Origin: an uncultured delta proteobacterium
Lineage (GTDB): Bacteria > Myxococcota_A > Polyangia > Fen-1088
DNA: 64,000 nucleotides
Assembly (NCBI GenBank): GCA_963737265.1
Contig: CAVTRY010000007.1
Location: 256,001-320,000, forward strand
Direction: 5' to 3'
A model generated the notes under the pieces. That model did no database searches. It was not told the DNA's origin and worked only from the letters and a program-made list of their open reading frames with translations. Below, in pieces: positions 42,422-51,873 of the stretch (positions are counted from its first letter, which is position 1; each line of letters starts with the position of its first letter). The position numbers and the translations under genes are program-made.

Positions 42422-42544
42422 GGTGAACAGACGTACAGTATGCTACCAGGTACTGGGACAACTGGCCACCGGGAACCGCACGCATGAGAAACACATGCAT
42501 CCACACCGCTTTGCGAGGTCCATCGTCGTCCGCCCAACGCTTTG

Positions 42545-44430
42545 ATCGGCATAGGGGCCTCGACAGATCGTCAAGGACCCCTGCCACACCACCCGGCGTG
42601 CGGGTCCGCACCGGGCGGTTCGGGAAGTTGAGGTTACGTGGCCAGCCGGGGTACCCCCAACTGGTCAAAGTAGCGAATGGGAAATGCCACGTTCATCATA
42701 CTAGCCGAGTTTTTCCACCAGCGGCGACAGTTCACGGCCACTACGCCTGCTGCGTCATGGGACATCCCCCGAGCCCGCAGTTCCCGATAGACGGTCGATT
42801 GTTGTCCCCAGTGTTTCAAGTGGAGAGCCCGTAGGCGACGGCGAATCCATTTGTCCAAGTTGCCAAAGACCCGAGGCGTGTCCGCGAGCCGGAAGTATTC
42901 CTTCCAACCACGCAGATATTCCCCCAGCCGTTTGCAGACCTGGCCAATGCTTTGCCCGCCCGTCCGCCTCGTGATGTTCCGGACTTTGTCCTTCATCGTG
43001 GCAAGGGCTTTGTCTGCCACCGCGCGCTTCACCGTTCCTTCCCGGTTTACCCAGAATGTGTAACCCAGGATTTTCCGGTTCCACGCCAAGCCCACCGCGC
43101 TTTTCGTTTCATTGACTTGAAGTCGCAGTCCCGCGTAGAGCCGCCGTAGCAGCCCCATCACACGCTCGCCCGCACGCCGCGACCGAAGGTATACGTTGCA
43201 GTCATCAGCGTACCGGCAGAATGCGTGCCCGCGTTTCTCCAGCTCCTTGTCCACTTCGTCGAGCAGCACGTTGGCTAGCAGCGGTGACAAGGGGCCGCCT
43301 TGTGGCGTTCCCTCGTACCGCTCCGTCGCCACCCCGCCAGCCATAATGCCGGCCCCGAGGTAACGCCGGATGAGCCCCAGCAAACGACGGTCGCCGATGC
43401 GTTTCGCCAGTCTTCCCATCAGCACGTCGTGGTTCACGCGGTCAAAGAATTGCTCCAAGTCCACGTCTACCACCCACTTGCGTCCGCCCTGGATATACCC
43501 CTGCGCCTCGACGATGGCGTCGTGCGCACGGTGCCCAGGCCGGAAACCGTGGCTGTGCTTTGAGAAGTCCGGGTCGAACATCGGTTGCAGAACCTGCAAT
43601 ACAGCCTGCTGGATGAATCGGTCGACCACCGTCGGAATGCCAAGCTTGCGCATTCCTCCGCTGGCCTTCGGTATGAGTTGCTCCTTCACAAGCGCGGGCT
43701 GGTACGTCCCCGCGAGCAGTTCCTCGCGCAGCCGTGGCCAGTATTCGCGCAGGTGTATCGGCAATTCATCCACCGTCATCCCGTCGATGCCGGGACTGCC
43801 CTTGTTCCTTCTCACTCGCTTCAGCGCGGCCAAAAGGTTCGGGCGTTCGCACACCCTCTCCATCAGGCCGCTCGCTCCCGAGCGCTCGTTTTCACACGTC
43901 GCCGTCGGCGCTTCCTCGCTTCGTTTTCCCGTCGGGGTTTCACCCCTATTTGAAAACGTTAGCTCCAGTTGCCTGGTCATCTGAGGCCGTTTGCTTCCGA
44001 GACGCATGTTCGTTTCGCTCTCCTTCTCGTTCAGTCCTTCGCATCGCCAAAGACTTCCGGCGTCGGTGATATCGCCGCCCCGGCTTCGACTTCGCTACTA
44101 CGACCTCTGCTGACTTCTCGCCCCGTCGCGTCCGCGCCGTCGCCCTTTCAGGCACAAGGCGAGATCTCCCCAGGTAAGTACGTCGTCCTTCCCCGCACGA
44201 CCGCCGGATCTACGTAGCCTGAGCTTTGACCATCGAGGCTTTGTGGCAACGGGCCCACTCGCCCCGCTCGGCGCCGCCTCTTATCCGGTTTTTGTTCATC
44301 AGCCCGCGGTTTCGCTCCCTGCTTCCTCCCCACGATTGGTCGCCCTTTCGCAGTTGCAGTTCGCTTCGTTTGGGATGGTCTCCTTTCGGGGGGACTTGCA
44401 CCCCCAAGACGACGCCCATGCTGGGCGCAC
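42545..44430 (-). mobile_element. Complete group IIC intron, 1886 nt, inserted in attC2
   Basis: 5' end GTGCGCCCAGCATGGGCG; short domain V GAACCGCCCGGTGCGGACCCGCACGCCGGGTGGT; 3' end CTATGCCGAT; flanks rejoin into an attC. Confidence 0.95.
42634..44007 (-). CDS. ltrA: Group II intron reverse transcriptase/maturase, no endonuclease domain
   Basis: LGIPTVVDR, GTPQGGPLSPLL, RYADD and GWKEYF motifs. Confidence 0.95.
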   Translation of the reverse strand: MRLGSKRPQMTRQLELTFSNRGETPTGKRSEEAPTATCENERSGASGLMERVCERPNLLAALKRVRRNKGSPGIDGMTVDELPIHLREYWPRLREELLAGTYQPALVKEQLIPKASGGMRKLGIPTVVDRFIQQAVLQVLQPMFDPDFSKHSHGFRPGHRAHDAIVEAQGYIQGGRKWVVDVDLEQFFDRVNHDVLMGRLAKRIGDRRLLGLIRRYLGAGIMAGGVATERYEGTPQGGPLSPLLANVLLDEVDKELEKRGHAFCRYADDCNVYLRSRRAGERVMGLLRRLYAGLRLQVNETKSAVGLAWNRKILGYTFWVNREGTVKRAVADKALATMKDKVRNITRRTGGQSIGQVCKRLGEYLRGWKEYFRLADTPRVFGNLDKWIRRRLRALHLKHWGQQSTVYRELRARGMSHDAAGVVAVNCRRWWKNSASMMNVAFPIRYFDQLGVPRLAT

Positions 44431-44551
44431 CCGTTCAGCGGCAAGCCCGCCGCCGAGTCGGCGCTTCTATTCTACACGATGTCCCTGCGGCGGGATTGTC
44501 AGCTGCAACGGCTTGTTCGACAGCGCGTCGGGGGCGCGGTTGGTTGCGCTC

Positions 44552-44926
44552 CTACTTCTTGGGCGGCTTCTTGCTCACCGTCATCGATCCCTTGGTCATA
44601 CGTGCGCCACCACCCTGGTCCAGCAGAACGGTCAACTCCGCCGAAGCGTCGACATTCAGCTTCTTCGGCGCGTTCGTCGAGATGACGATCGTCTGTTGGC
44701 CGAGATGAAAAGTGGTGGTACCAGACTCGATGGTGACGATCAGTGCTACGTTCGTCTGGTTCTTCACTTTCAGCTCAAGCTTGGCTCCTTCCTCCTTGGC
44801 CGTGAAGGTGAGGGCGAGCTGACCTGCGTCGAAGCCGTCCTTCAGCAGCACCGTTTCGCCGGCGAGGGCGGATCCGGCTGCCACGATCGTCATCACCAGC
44901 GCCATGACCATGAAGAGCTTTGTCAC
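44552..44926 (-). CDS. Cassette 2: small secreted beta-rich protein
   Basis: RBS AAGGAG, GTG start, signal peptide ending ALA, followed by attC. Confidence 0.75.
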   Translation of the reverse strand: MTKLFMVMALVMTIVAAGSALAGETVLLKDGFDAGQLALTFTAKEEGAKLELKVKNQTNVALIVTIESGTTTFHLGQQTIVISTNAPKKLNVDASAELTVLLDQGGGARMTKGSMTVSKKPPKK

Positions 44927-45115
44927 CGGAGGTCTCCTTTGTAGCCTCGCTGAGTCGACACGCTTGCCCTGTTGTTCGCTTACAGGGCCTGCGCGAGCAA
45001 GGAAACCGACCTATATCACGAACTCCCGGTCGAGCCTACCCTCAATGCCGGTTACTCAAGTGGTCCCCCAACGGTGAGATCGTAGGCGGCAGCGGTCCAT
45101 ACCACTCCCCAGTCT

Positions 45116-45219
45116 GTCGAACGCCTTGCCGTTCAGCTGCAAGCCCGCCGCCGAGTCGGCGCCTCGATTCTACACGATATCTCTGCGGCGGGATTGTCAG
45201 CTGCAACGGCTTGTTCGGC
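45116..45219 (-). other. attC site 1
   Basis: GCCGAAC-AAGCCGTTGCAGCTGAC...GCAGCTGAACGGCAAGGC-GTTCGAC. Confidence 0.93.
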
Positions 45220-45379
45220 GGCACACTGCCGAAAGATAGCATCGAGATCCGGGGACCCGATCGCCTCGGGGCAGTGTGCTTACGACGTGGCCTCCGCGAT
45301 GCCCCCTATGCCACCATCCCCAATCACCGACGGAAACAGGCCGTTTTTGAATCAGTAGTGCCAAATCCCATACCCAGGT

Positions 45380-46300
45380 CTACTTCACCAGTTGGACCTT
45401 AAAGTACACCGCCTTGGCAAGGATACCGGCGCCAACCCGAAGGGTAATTTGCTTCGGAGATTTCTCAAAGCCGTAGGTCAACTTGCATTTGAAGACGCCA
45501 TTTGGCGGTAGCGTGCCGTCGCACTTCGACTTCATCAAATCCAGCTCGCCCTGGTCGCCCTCCTCGGAAAGCGCCTCGAAAAATACAAGAGACGAAATCG
45601 TCTCCTCCTTTTCGGACTGGTTTTGTACTACCAACCCGAGGCTGGCCGTCTTGTTCTTGAGCGACGCTTCCTTGAGAGTCACCAACGTCTTTGCCCAGCG
45701 CTTCTGTGTACCGATTGGGTCGAGCGCGGTCTGAACCGCTGGCGACGCAGGTACAGACGGGTTTTCGATGAGGGGGACAGTAGCCGTGCACGCCTTCACC
45801 GATGAGAAGGCAATCTCGTACACAGGCGCGGTAATGGCGCCCTTCTCCGTGAGGCTTCGTTCCCGGCCATTGATCTTTCCGGAAAAGAGGACACAGCCGC
45901 CTTCCTGGAGGCTGCTTGCGGCTTGGTAGACTTCACTGCTGGACTTGATCTTGTCGAATAGCCCATAGCCCTGTTCGAACGTAATCTTGGCAGCGCCCCG
46001 GCCGATTGCGACGCGTAGCTTTAGTTTCGTCCCACCGTGGTTGGTCTCCAGTCTATCGACCCAGCCCTCCCAGTTCGTCACACGATGTTGCAAATCAGCG
46101 AAGAAGCGATCTTCGAATGCACGCGCCTCATTGAACACTTGGGACTTCTTGATTTCATTTGGCGCTGCATTGTACCTGTCCCTGAACTTCGCCATCTCGG
46201 ACGCGAAGTCTTGTGGGTGGCCGCTTGATGGCTCAGGCGTGACGGCGGCCGTGAAGAATGCCAGGAAGAACCCGGCCGCAGTCGATAAGGTTGTTTCCAT
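45380..46300 (-). CDS. Cassette 1 gene 2: exported two-domain protein (C-terminus possibly DUF4352/Ig-like)
   Basis: RBS AGGAG, hydrophobic N-terminus, Pro linker, beta-rich C-terminal domain. Confidence 0.65.
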   Translation of the reverse strand: METTLSTAAGFFLAFFTAAVTPEPSSGHPQDFASEMAKFRDRYNAAPNEIKKSQVFNEARAFEDRFFADLQHRVTNWEGWVDRLETNHGGTKLKLRVAIGRGAAKITFEQGYGLFDKIKSSSEVYQAASSLQEGGCVLFSGKINGRERSLTEKGAITAPVYEIAFSSVKACTATVPLIENPSVPASPAVQTALDPIGTQKRWAKTLVTLKEASLKNKTASLGLVVQNQSEKEETISSLVFFEALSEEGDQGELDLMKSKCDGTLPPNGVFKCKLTYGFEKSPKQITLRVGAGILAKAVYFKVQLVK

Positions 46301-46313
46301 ATTGCGACTCCTT

Positions 46314-47186
46314 CTAATGCCTGATGTTCTGCAGGAACTCCGGATCGGCACGAACTCTGGCAATCCAGGCCCGATGCGCGGTTCCGAAGGCTGGGATGGT
46401 CCTGACCGCGGCAGGATGAGCAAGAGGGAGCCACGCGACAGAACGACCGCCGAGACGCAGGCTCACGGCCTTTCCGTAATCGTGACCCGCTGACAGGGCG
46501 GTAGGTGCAACCGAGCCGCCGTCCTTCGCCAGAAGCGTACGCAGCACGCGAAGGGCGGCATTCCCCAGGGTTACGATGACCTTGGGCTGAGCCTTCTCGA
46601 GCTCAGCCATCAACCGACGGCGCTGTGGTTGTTCCAGACCTTCTTGCACGATCGCATCCTCAGAAGGGTGGTGGGCAAGGGCTGCTGGCGGCGCCTTCGC
46701 GGCTGCAGCAAAGTGTGCGTAGGTATCTGCGATACGTTCTTCAGCACCCTCGCTGGCACGGTAGGTGTCCAGCACATCGGTGATCCAGACATCGCTGCGG
46801 ACAACCCCCAGCGGTGCTAGGAAATCGTGTGCTAGCTCAACTCCTGAGGAGCCGTTCAGTTTGCCGGTTGGTTCGACCCTGCCCCATTGGTTCTCGTCGA
46901 ACCTGACCTTGCGCTTCCACTCAGCGACTACTTCTACTTCGTCCGATCCCTGCCAAAAGGGCTCGGGTTCATTGTCCACGGGGAGCGCGCGCACGGTCTT
47001 GCCTGCCCTCGGCGGCGTCCATTGAACGTGAACGGCACTTGGGTAGGCACCTAGCACGAAGAGCAAACGCGGCGTGGATGCAGATGGCGGCCGCCGAAGA
47101 ACATGCGCTCCGAAGGGAAACCTATATTCTGGTAAATGGTCACCGGCGGTGTCCGTCGAGCTGGCGGCGATTCGGGCTGAGTTCAT
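46314..47186 (-). CDS. Cassette 1 gene 1: uracil-DNA glycosylase superfamily protein
   Basis: FVLGAYP, WITDV, ELEKAQPKVIVTLGNAA and LAHP motifs; start may be as far upstream as 47321. Confidence 0.7.
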   Translation of the reverse strand: MNSARIAASSTDTAGDHLPEYRFPFGAHVLRRPPSASTPRLLFVLGAYPSAVHVQWTPPRAGKTVRALPVDNEPEPFWQGSDEVEVVAEWKRKVRFDENQWGRVEPTGKLNGSSGVELAHDFLAPLGVVRSDVWITDVLDTYRASEGAEERIADTYAHFAAAAKAPPAALAHHPSEDAIVQEGLEQPQRRRLMAELEKAQPKVIVTLGNAALRVLRTLLAKDGGSVAPTALSAGHDYGKAVSLRLGGRSVAWLPLAHPAAVRTIPAFGTAHRAWIARVRADPEFLQNIRH

Positions 47187-47333
47187 TCGCTCTTCTCCAC
47201 CGTCTCCTGCCAAAGTCAGTTTGCTCGCGACCAGAACCGTCAGCGCTGCGCCCAGCGAGCAAAGCGTACTGCCAGTCTGGGGCACGGACAGCATCATCTC
47301 ACTTTTCGAACGCAAATACATCGAGGTTTGTCC

Positions 47334-47365
47334 GCCGAACTACCATTATCCCACGAAAAATAATC
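47334..47365 (-). other. Putative attI site
   Basis: AT-rich ...GGGATAATGGTA-GTTCGGC; core GTTCGGC is the exact complement of the attC1 R'' box GCCGAAC. Confidence 0.75.
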
Positions 47366-47534
47366 AATATCCCAACGCTGGATGCACGCCGTGATGGCTG
47401 AAAGCGGGGGTGCCGTTCCAGTCATTTCGCGGACTTGGATGCGTCTGCTTCATGAGAGGCCACCAGCCGGCCTGCCGGATAAAGACGGCGCGGCGGCCGG
47501 ATAAATATGGGAGCCACGTTCTTTGCGCCCGTTG

Positions 47535-47707
47535 TCAGTGGTCGAGAGGGCTTCGGACTCCACCAGCGCCGCGGTTCAGGACGTGGGTGTAGACCATGGT
47601 CGTGGCCACGTCTTTGTGGCCTAGCAACTCCTGAATCGTGCGGATGTCGTAGCCGTCTTCCAGCAGGTGGGTGGCGAAGGAATGACGCAAGGTGTGGGGG
47701 CTGACCA
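47535..47707 (-). pseudogene. intI: Integron integrase, C-terminal fragment only
   Basis: [50 protein letters not shown]; cut off by the emrB duplicate. Confidence 0.9.
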
Positions 47708-49020
47708 GCTCCGCGCTGTGCGGACTCGCCCCCAACCTGCCGGCGCTGATCTTGGCTCGCGTGGTTCAAGCGTTCGGCGGCGGCGCCATCACCCCCACCG
47801 GCCTGGCCATGATCGCCGAGGTCTTCCCGCCCAAAGAGCGAGGGCGCGCGCTTGGCCTGTGGGGCGTCGGTGTCGTGGTTGGGCCCGCTTTCGGCCCCAC
47901 CCTGGGCGGATACCTCACCGAGACGCTCGGCTGGCGCAGCATCTTCAACATCAACCTTCCCATCGGCGTAGTCGGCCTTCTCGCCGCCTCGCGGATACTT
48001 CGCGCCGACAAGCCGCACGCCGCGAGCCATCGTGGCTTCGATCTACCCGGGTTCGTGTTGCTCACCGCCTTTCTCGTCAGCGCACTACTCGGTCTCTCCA
48101 ACGGCAATCGGGAAGGTTGGACCTCGAACTACGTCGTTGCCTGCGCGCTTGTGAGCAGCGTCTCGTTCGTGCTTTTCCTCGCCGTCGAAAGCATCGTCTC
48201 CGAGCGCATTCTCGATCTCGGGCTATTCCGCAAACCCCAGTTCACCGTGGCCATGGTGGTGACGTCCGCGCGCTCGGTCGCCTTGTTCGGTGGCATCTTT
48301 TTGTTGCCACTTTTCCTGCAGGATCTGATGGGCCGAAGCGAGATCGACACCGGGTTGTTACTGCTTCCCGGCGCCTTGGTCATGGGGCTGGTCATGCTGG
48401 TCTCCGGCCGGATCGCGGATTGGCTCGGCACGCGCGTTTGCACGATTCTCGGCCTCTTGTTCATTGCTTGGTTCATGTGGACCTACCGCAGGCTCGACGT
48501 GACGACGAGCACGTGGGCCGTGCTCTACCCGACCCTGGTACGGGGTGTCGGGCTGGGTCTGCTGGTGACGCCGGTCATGACCGCAGCTATCAATGCCGTG
48601 CCGACGCCGAAAGCCGGCATGGCTTCTTCGATGTTGAGCTTGATTCAACAAATATCGGGCTCGCTCGGCATTGCCGTGCTTGCCTGCGTACTTGGCCGGC
48701 GTGCCACCTTCCACCTCGCGGTGGTGGGTCAGGGCCTGGATGCCGCGCGACCGGCCCTCGCCGGCGCAACCCGCGCCCTCGCCACGCGCGCGCTCGAGCT
48801 TGGAACGCCGCCCGCCGCGGCAGGCCTAGTCGCGCGCTCGCTCATCGCACGCCAGATCGCTGGAGCGGCGTCGGTACTCGCATTCAACGATGCCTTTCTA
48901 ATCGGCGCGGCCATCGTCGGCGCGGGAGCCATCCCCGCGCTTTTTCTCGCATCCAAGTCGAAGTCCAAGGCACGCGCGCACGGAGCCGCAGCGCAGGTCG
49001 AGGTTGTGGAGTAGAGGCCG
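47708..49020 (+). pseudogene. 5'-truncated duplicate of the EmrB/QacA gene
   Basis: Copy of 37929-39241 lacking the first ~96 codons. Confidence 0.95.
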
Positions 49021-49528
49021 GGAGGCTGCTTTGCTATACATCCGTCCGAGCTGGATGGCGCCTTCGAGGGTGGACATCTTCTTATCGAAGGTCAGCGTGT
49101 TGGCGCCCTCGGAGCGATGGCGTGCGTGAATGAGGCGATTCGCGAGGCCGGCGCCGACGCCGGGATCGAGCGCAGCTGCCGCCTCGGACTTCCTTGGCTT
49201 CGGCGTTTTGGCGCGAGGTCTCGCCCAACTCTTCTGTCCTACCTGCCACGAGCGCTACGTTGTGGCCTGGAGCTGCAGAGGGCGCGGGTTCTGTCCAAGC
49301 TGTGGCGGCCGACGAATGAACGCGGGCGCGTTCAATCTGCTAGATCACCCCCTGCCCGAGGTGCCCTCGCGACAGTTTGTGATCACGGTGCCTTTCTCGC
49401 CGAGTTTCCGTTGGCCTTCGACCGGAAACTAAGTCCTGCGCATCTTCATCGACACCGTGGCGGCAAACGACCGCAGGCGTATGGCGGATCGATGCTGGAC
49501 GTCAACTACATTCACCCGGTGACGTCAA

Positions 49529-50377
49529 TTACATCGCCCCATTGTTGTCGGGGGTAGTTGTCGTTGGTTGATCGGTAGTTGTCGTAGTTGTCGCTGGGGT
49601 GGTGACGCCTCTCTTTCGTGCTTCTTCGCTGCGGTAGCTGGGGCCGGTCATCTCAAGGATGACCGCGTGGTGGACCAGTCGGTCGATGGCGGCGGCGGTG
49701 GTCATGGGATCCTTGAAAATGCGGATCCAATCGCTGAAGACCAGGTTGCTGGTGATGAGGACGCTCTTGCGTTCGTACCGCTCGGCCAGGAAGGTGAAAA
49801 GGACCTCCATTTCATCGCGGCTCTGCTGGACGTAGCCGATGTCGTCGAGGATCACGGCGTGATAGATGTTGAGCGCGGCCAGTTCTCGTTCCAGGCGAAG
49901 GTCGCGCTTGGCGGCCAGCAGCCTCTGGACAAGCGCGAAGGTCGGCGTGAAGAGGACCCGGTAGCCGCGCCGGATGAGTTCGTGGCCGATGGCAGCCACA
50001 ACGTGACTTTTGCCTCGGCCGGGCAGTCCGAAGACGAGCAGGTTCTCCCCACGTTCGACAAAGCCACCCTCACACAGGCTCGCCATCTGCTTCATCACCT
50101 TGGGTGACAGCCGACCACGTTCCAGGGTGGCCAGGGTTTTCTCCGTGGGAAGGTCCGAATCGCGAAGCGCGCGATCGATGCGACGGGTTCGGCGCTCTTC
50201 GATTTCCAGTTCGGCCAGGTGCTGGAGGTATTGGCTGAAGGTCCACCCCTCGCGGCTGGCCTTGATCGCGATCTCCTCGGCGTGCCGGGTGAAGGCAGGC
50301 AGCTTGAGCGCGCGCAGAAGCACCAGCAGAGCGTCGAGCGCGCTCGGCTTGACCGTGTCTACGGAGACGTTGGTCAT
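49529..50377 (-). CDS. istB: IS21 helper ATPase
   Basis: GLPGRGKSH, LDDIGY, ITSN and AAIDRLVHH motifs. Confidence 0.95.
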   Translation of the reverse strand: MTNVSVDTVKPSALDALLVLLRALKLPAFTRHAEEIAIKASREGWTFSQYLQHLAELEIEERRTRRIDRALRDSDLPTEKTLATLERGRLSPKVMKQMASLCEGGFVERGENLLVFGLPGRGKSHVVAAIGHELIRRGYRVLFTPTFALVQRLLAAKRDLRLERELAALNIYHAVILDDIGYVQQSRDEMEVLFTFLAERYERKSVLITSNLVFSDWIRIFKDPMTTAAAIDRLVHHAVILEMTGPSYRSEEARKRGVTTPATTTTTTDQPTTTTPDNNGAM

Positions 50378-51873
50378 GATGCCACCTGTTCGAGGAGCAG
50401 GTCGTAGGACGCGAGATCGACCAGCGGTGCTTCGAGCGCGGGGACGCTCGGTGGATAGGTACTGTCCGTCGCCTGTGTGCATCTCTTCTTGGTTGCATCC
50501 GCCGTCAAGATGGTCCCATCGGCAAGCAGAGTCGTGAGCGCTTGCTCGACATCGGCTTCCATCGTGCTGGCGGCCAGGTGAAGAATGCGCAGGTATTCAA
50601 CGTCGCCTTTGATTCCAGGCTTGGTCGCCTGGATCGCGTCGTATGCCCGCCTGAAAGTCACGCTTGGAAACAGCTCTTCTCGGTAGACGTAGCGAGAAAA
50701 CGCGCCCGGCTTGCGCACCAAAGACCAGATGACGTGCCGGTAGTCGATGCGCGCGGTCTTGCCTCGCAGCCTGTCGCAGGCCAATTCCAAGTTGTCGGCG
50801 TAGTACACCTCGATTCGGTGCTCGAACACGCGGACTCTCACCCGTGCGCCGATCAGCCTCGACGGCACCGAGTAGGCGCACGACTTGACCCGGATGGTGC
50901 TCGTCGACGCCACAGGTGCCGTCATTTCTGCGTACTCCGGCAAACGCTCCACCACCAGCGGCCGCATGGCTTCGATCTCCTCGGCGACGCGCGGGCCTCG
51001 CGAAGCGTTGGCTTTGCGGACCACCTTGGCTACGAAGCGTTCGTAGTCGTCTTGGTCCGCGAAGTCGCGGCTGCCACGCACCAGCAACGCTTGTTCAAGC
51101 CGACGCTTGAGCGCGCCGTTGCTGGCCTCCACATCGCCGTTTTGTTCCTTGGCCCCGACGGCTGTAGTTCGTGGCTCCATTCCGAGGTGCCGCATGACCG
51201 CCTTGTATTCATCGTTGAAAGTGCGATCTTCCGCATCGCGAGCGATCTGATGTGTCGCCGCCGTCGAGTGGTCGGTTTGGTGGTATCGCGGCACCCGCCC
51301 AAGCTGGAACAGCGCCGACTGGATCCCTCGCCGAAGCGCTGCCAGAGACTCCGACAGACACGCGGTCGCCCATTGCCAGTTCGAGTACGGCAGCACCGTC
51401 ACGCACAAAAGGTGCACAAATAGCTGGCCCACGATCGTCACACCAAGCTCCGCCGTCGACGTGAAGTCGGTTTGCGCGGCTTCACCGGGCCGATGCGCCT
51501 GCGTGAACCAAATCTCACGCGCAGGACCATGCTCGGCCCGCCAGCGACGGATTCGCCGCTGCATTGTCCGAAGATGGCTCTCGTTGTACCGCCCTGGCTG
51601 CTTCGCCTCCAGCAGCTCCAGCACCGTCTGAGCCTCCAGCCCAGGCGTTTCCTCCAGCAACTTGGCCACGGCTGGCCAGTCCTCGGCGAACGCGTCAGGG
51701 CGCGTCCGCCACCACCGCGGCTGCCGTAGCTCCGACGGTAGCTTGCCCGCGGCGATGTATCGCCGCCCTGTCTTCCGGTCCATGCCCGCCTTCATGGCGG
51801 CCTGGCCTACTTTTCCAATCTTGCTCATCTCTTCCATCAAACGCCTCACTTGGGCGTCGGTGACCGGCTTCAA
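50374..51873 (-). CDS. istA: IS21 transposase
   Basis: GEAAQTDF, QTDH, NGDVE and YSVPSRLIG motifs; ATGA overlap with istB. Confidence 0.95.
   Translation of the reverse strand: MKPVTDAQVRRLMEEMSKIGKVGQAAMKAGMDRKTGRRYIAAGKLPSELRQPRWWRTRPDAFAEDWPAVAKLLEETPGLEAQTVLELLEAKQPGRYNESHLRTMQRRIRRWRAEHGPAREIWFTQAHRPGEAAQTDFTSTAELGVTIVGQLFVHLLCVTVLPYSNWQWATACLSESLAALRRGIQSALFQLGRVPRYHQTDHSTAATHQIARDAEDRTFNDEYKAVMRHLGMEPRTTAVGAKEQNGDVEASNGALKRRLEQALLVRGSRDFADQDDYERFVAKVVRKANASRGPRVAEEIEAMRPLVVERLPEYAEMTAPVASTSTIRVKSCAYSVPSRLIGARVRVRVFEHRIEVYYADNLELACDRLRGKTARIDYRHVIWSLVRKPGAFSRYVYREELFPSVTFRRAYDAIQATKPGIKGDVEYLRILHLAASTMEADVEQALTTLLADGTILTADATKKRCTQATDSTYPPSVPALEAPLVDLASYDLLLEQVAS

Larger units (their letters stand above)
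42532..44521 (-). other. attC site 2, split by the intron (44521-44431 and 42544-42532)
   Basis: GTCGAAC-AAGCCGTTGCAGCTGAC...GCTGAACGG|CAAAGC-GTTGGGC; nearly identical to attC1. Confidence 0.92.

Noticed and set aside
42634-44007. Reverse transcriptase as a retron, DGR or defence RT
   Set aside because: It is flanked by clear group II intron 5' end, domain V/VI and 3' end, and has a maturase domain
47535-47735. XerC/XerD or phage integrase
   Set aside because: The [15 protein letters not shown] tail is IntI-type and lies next to attI and attC sites
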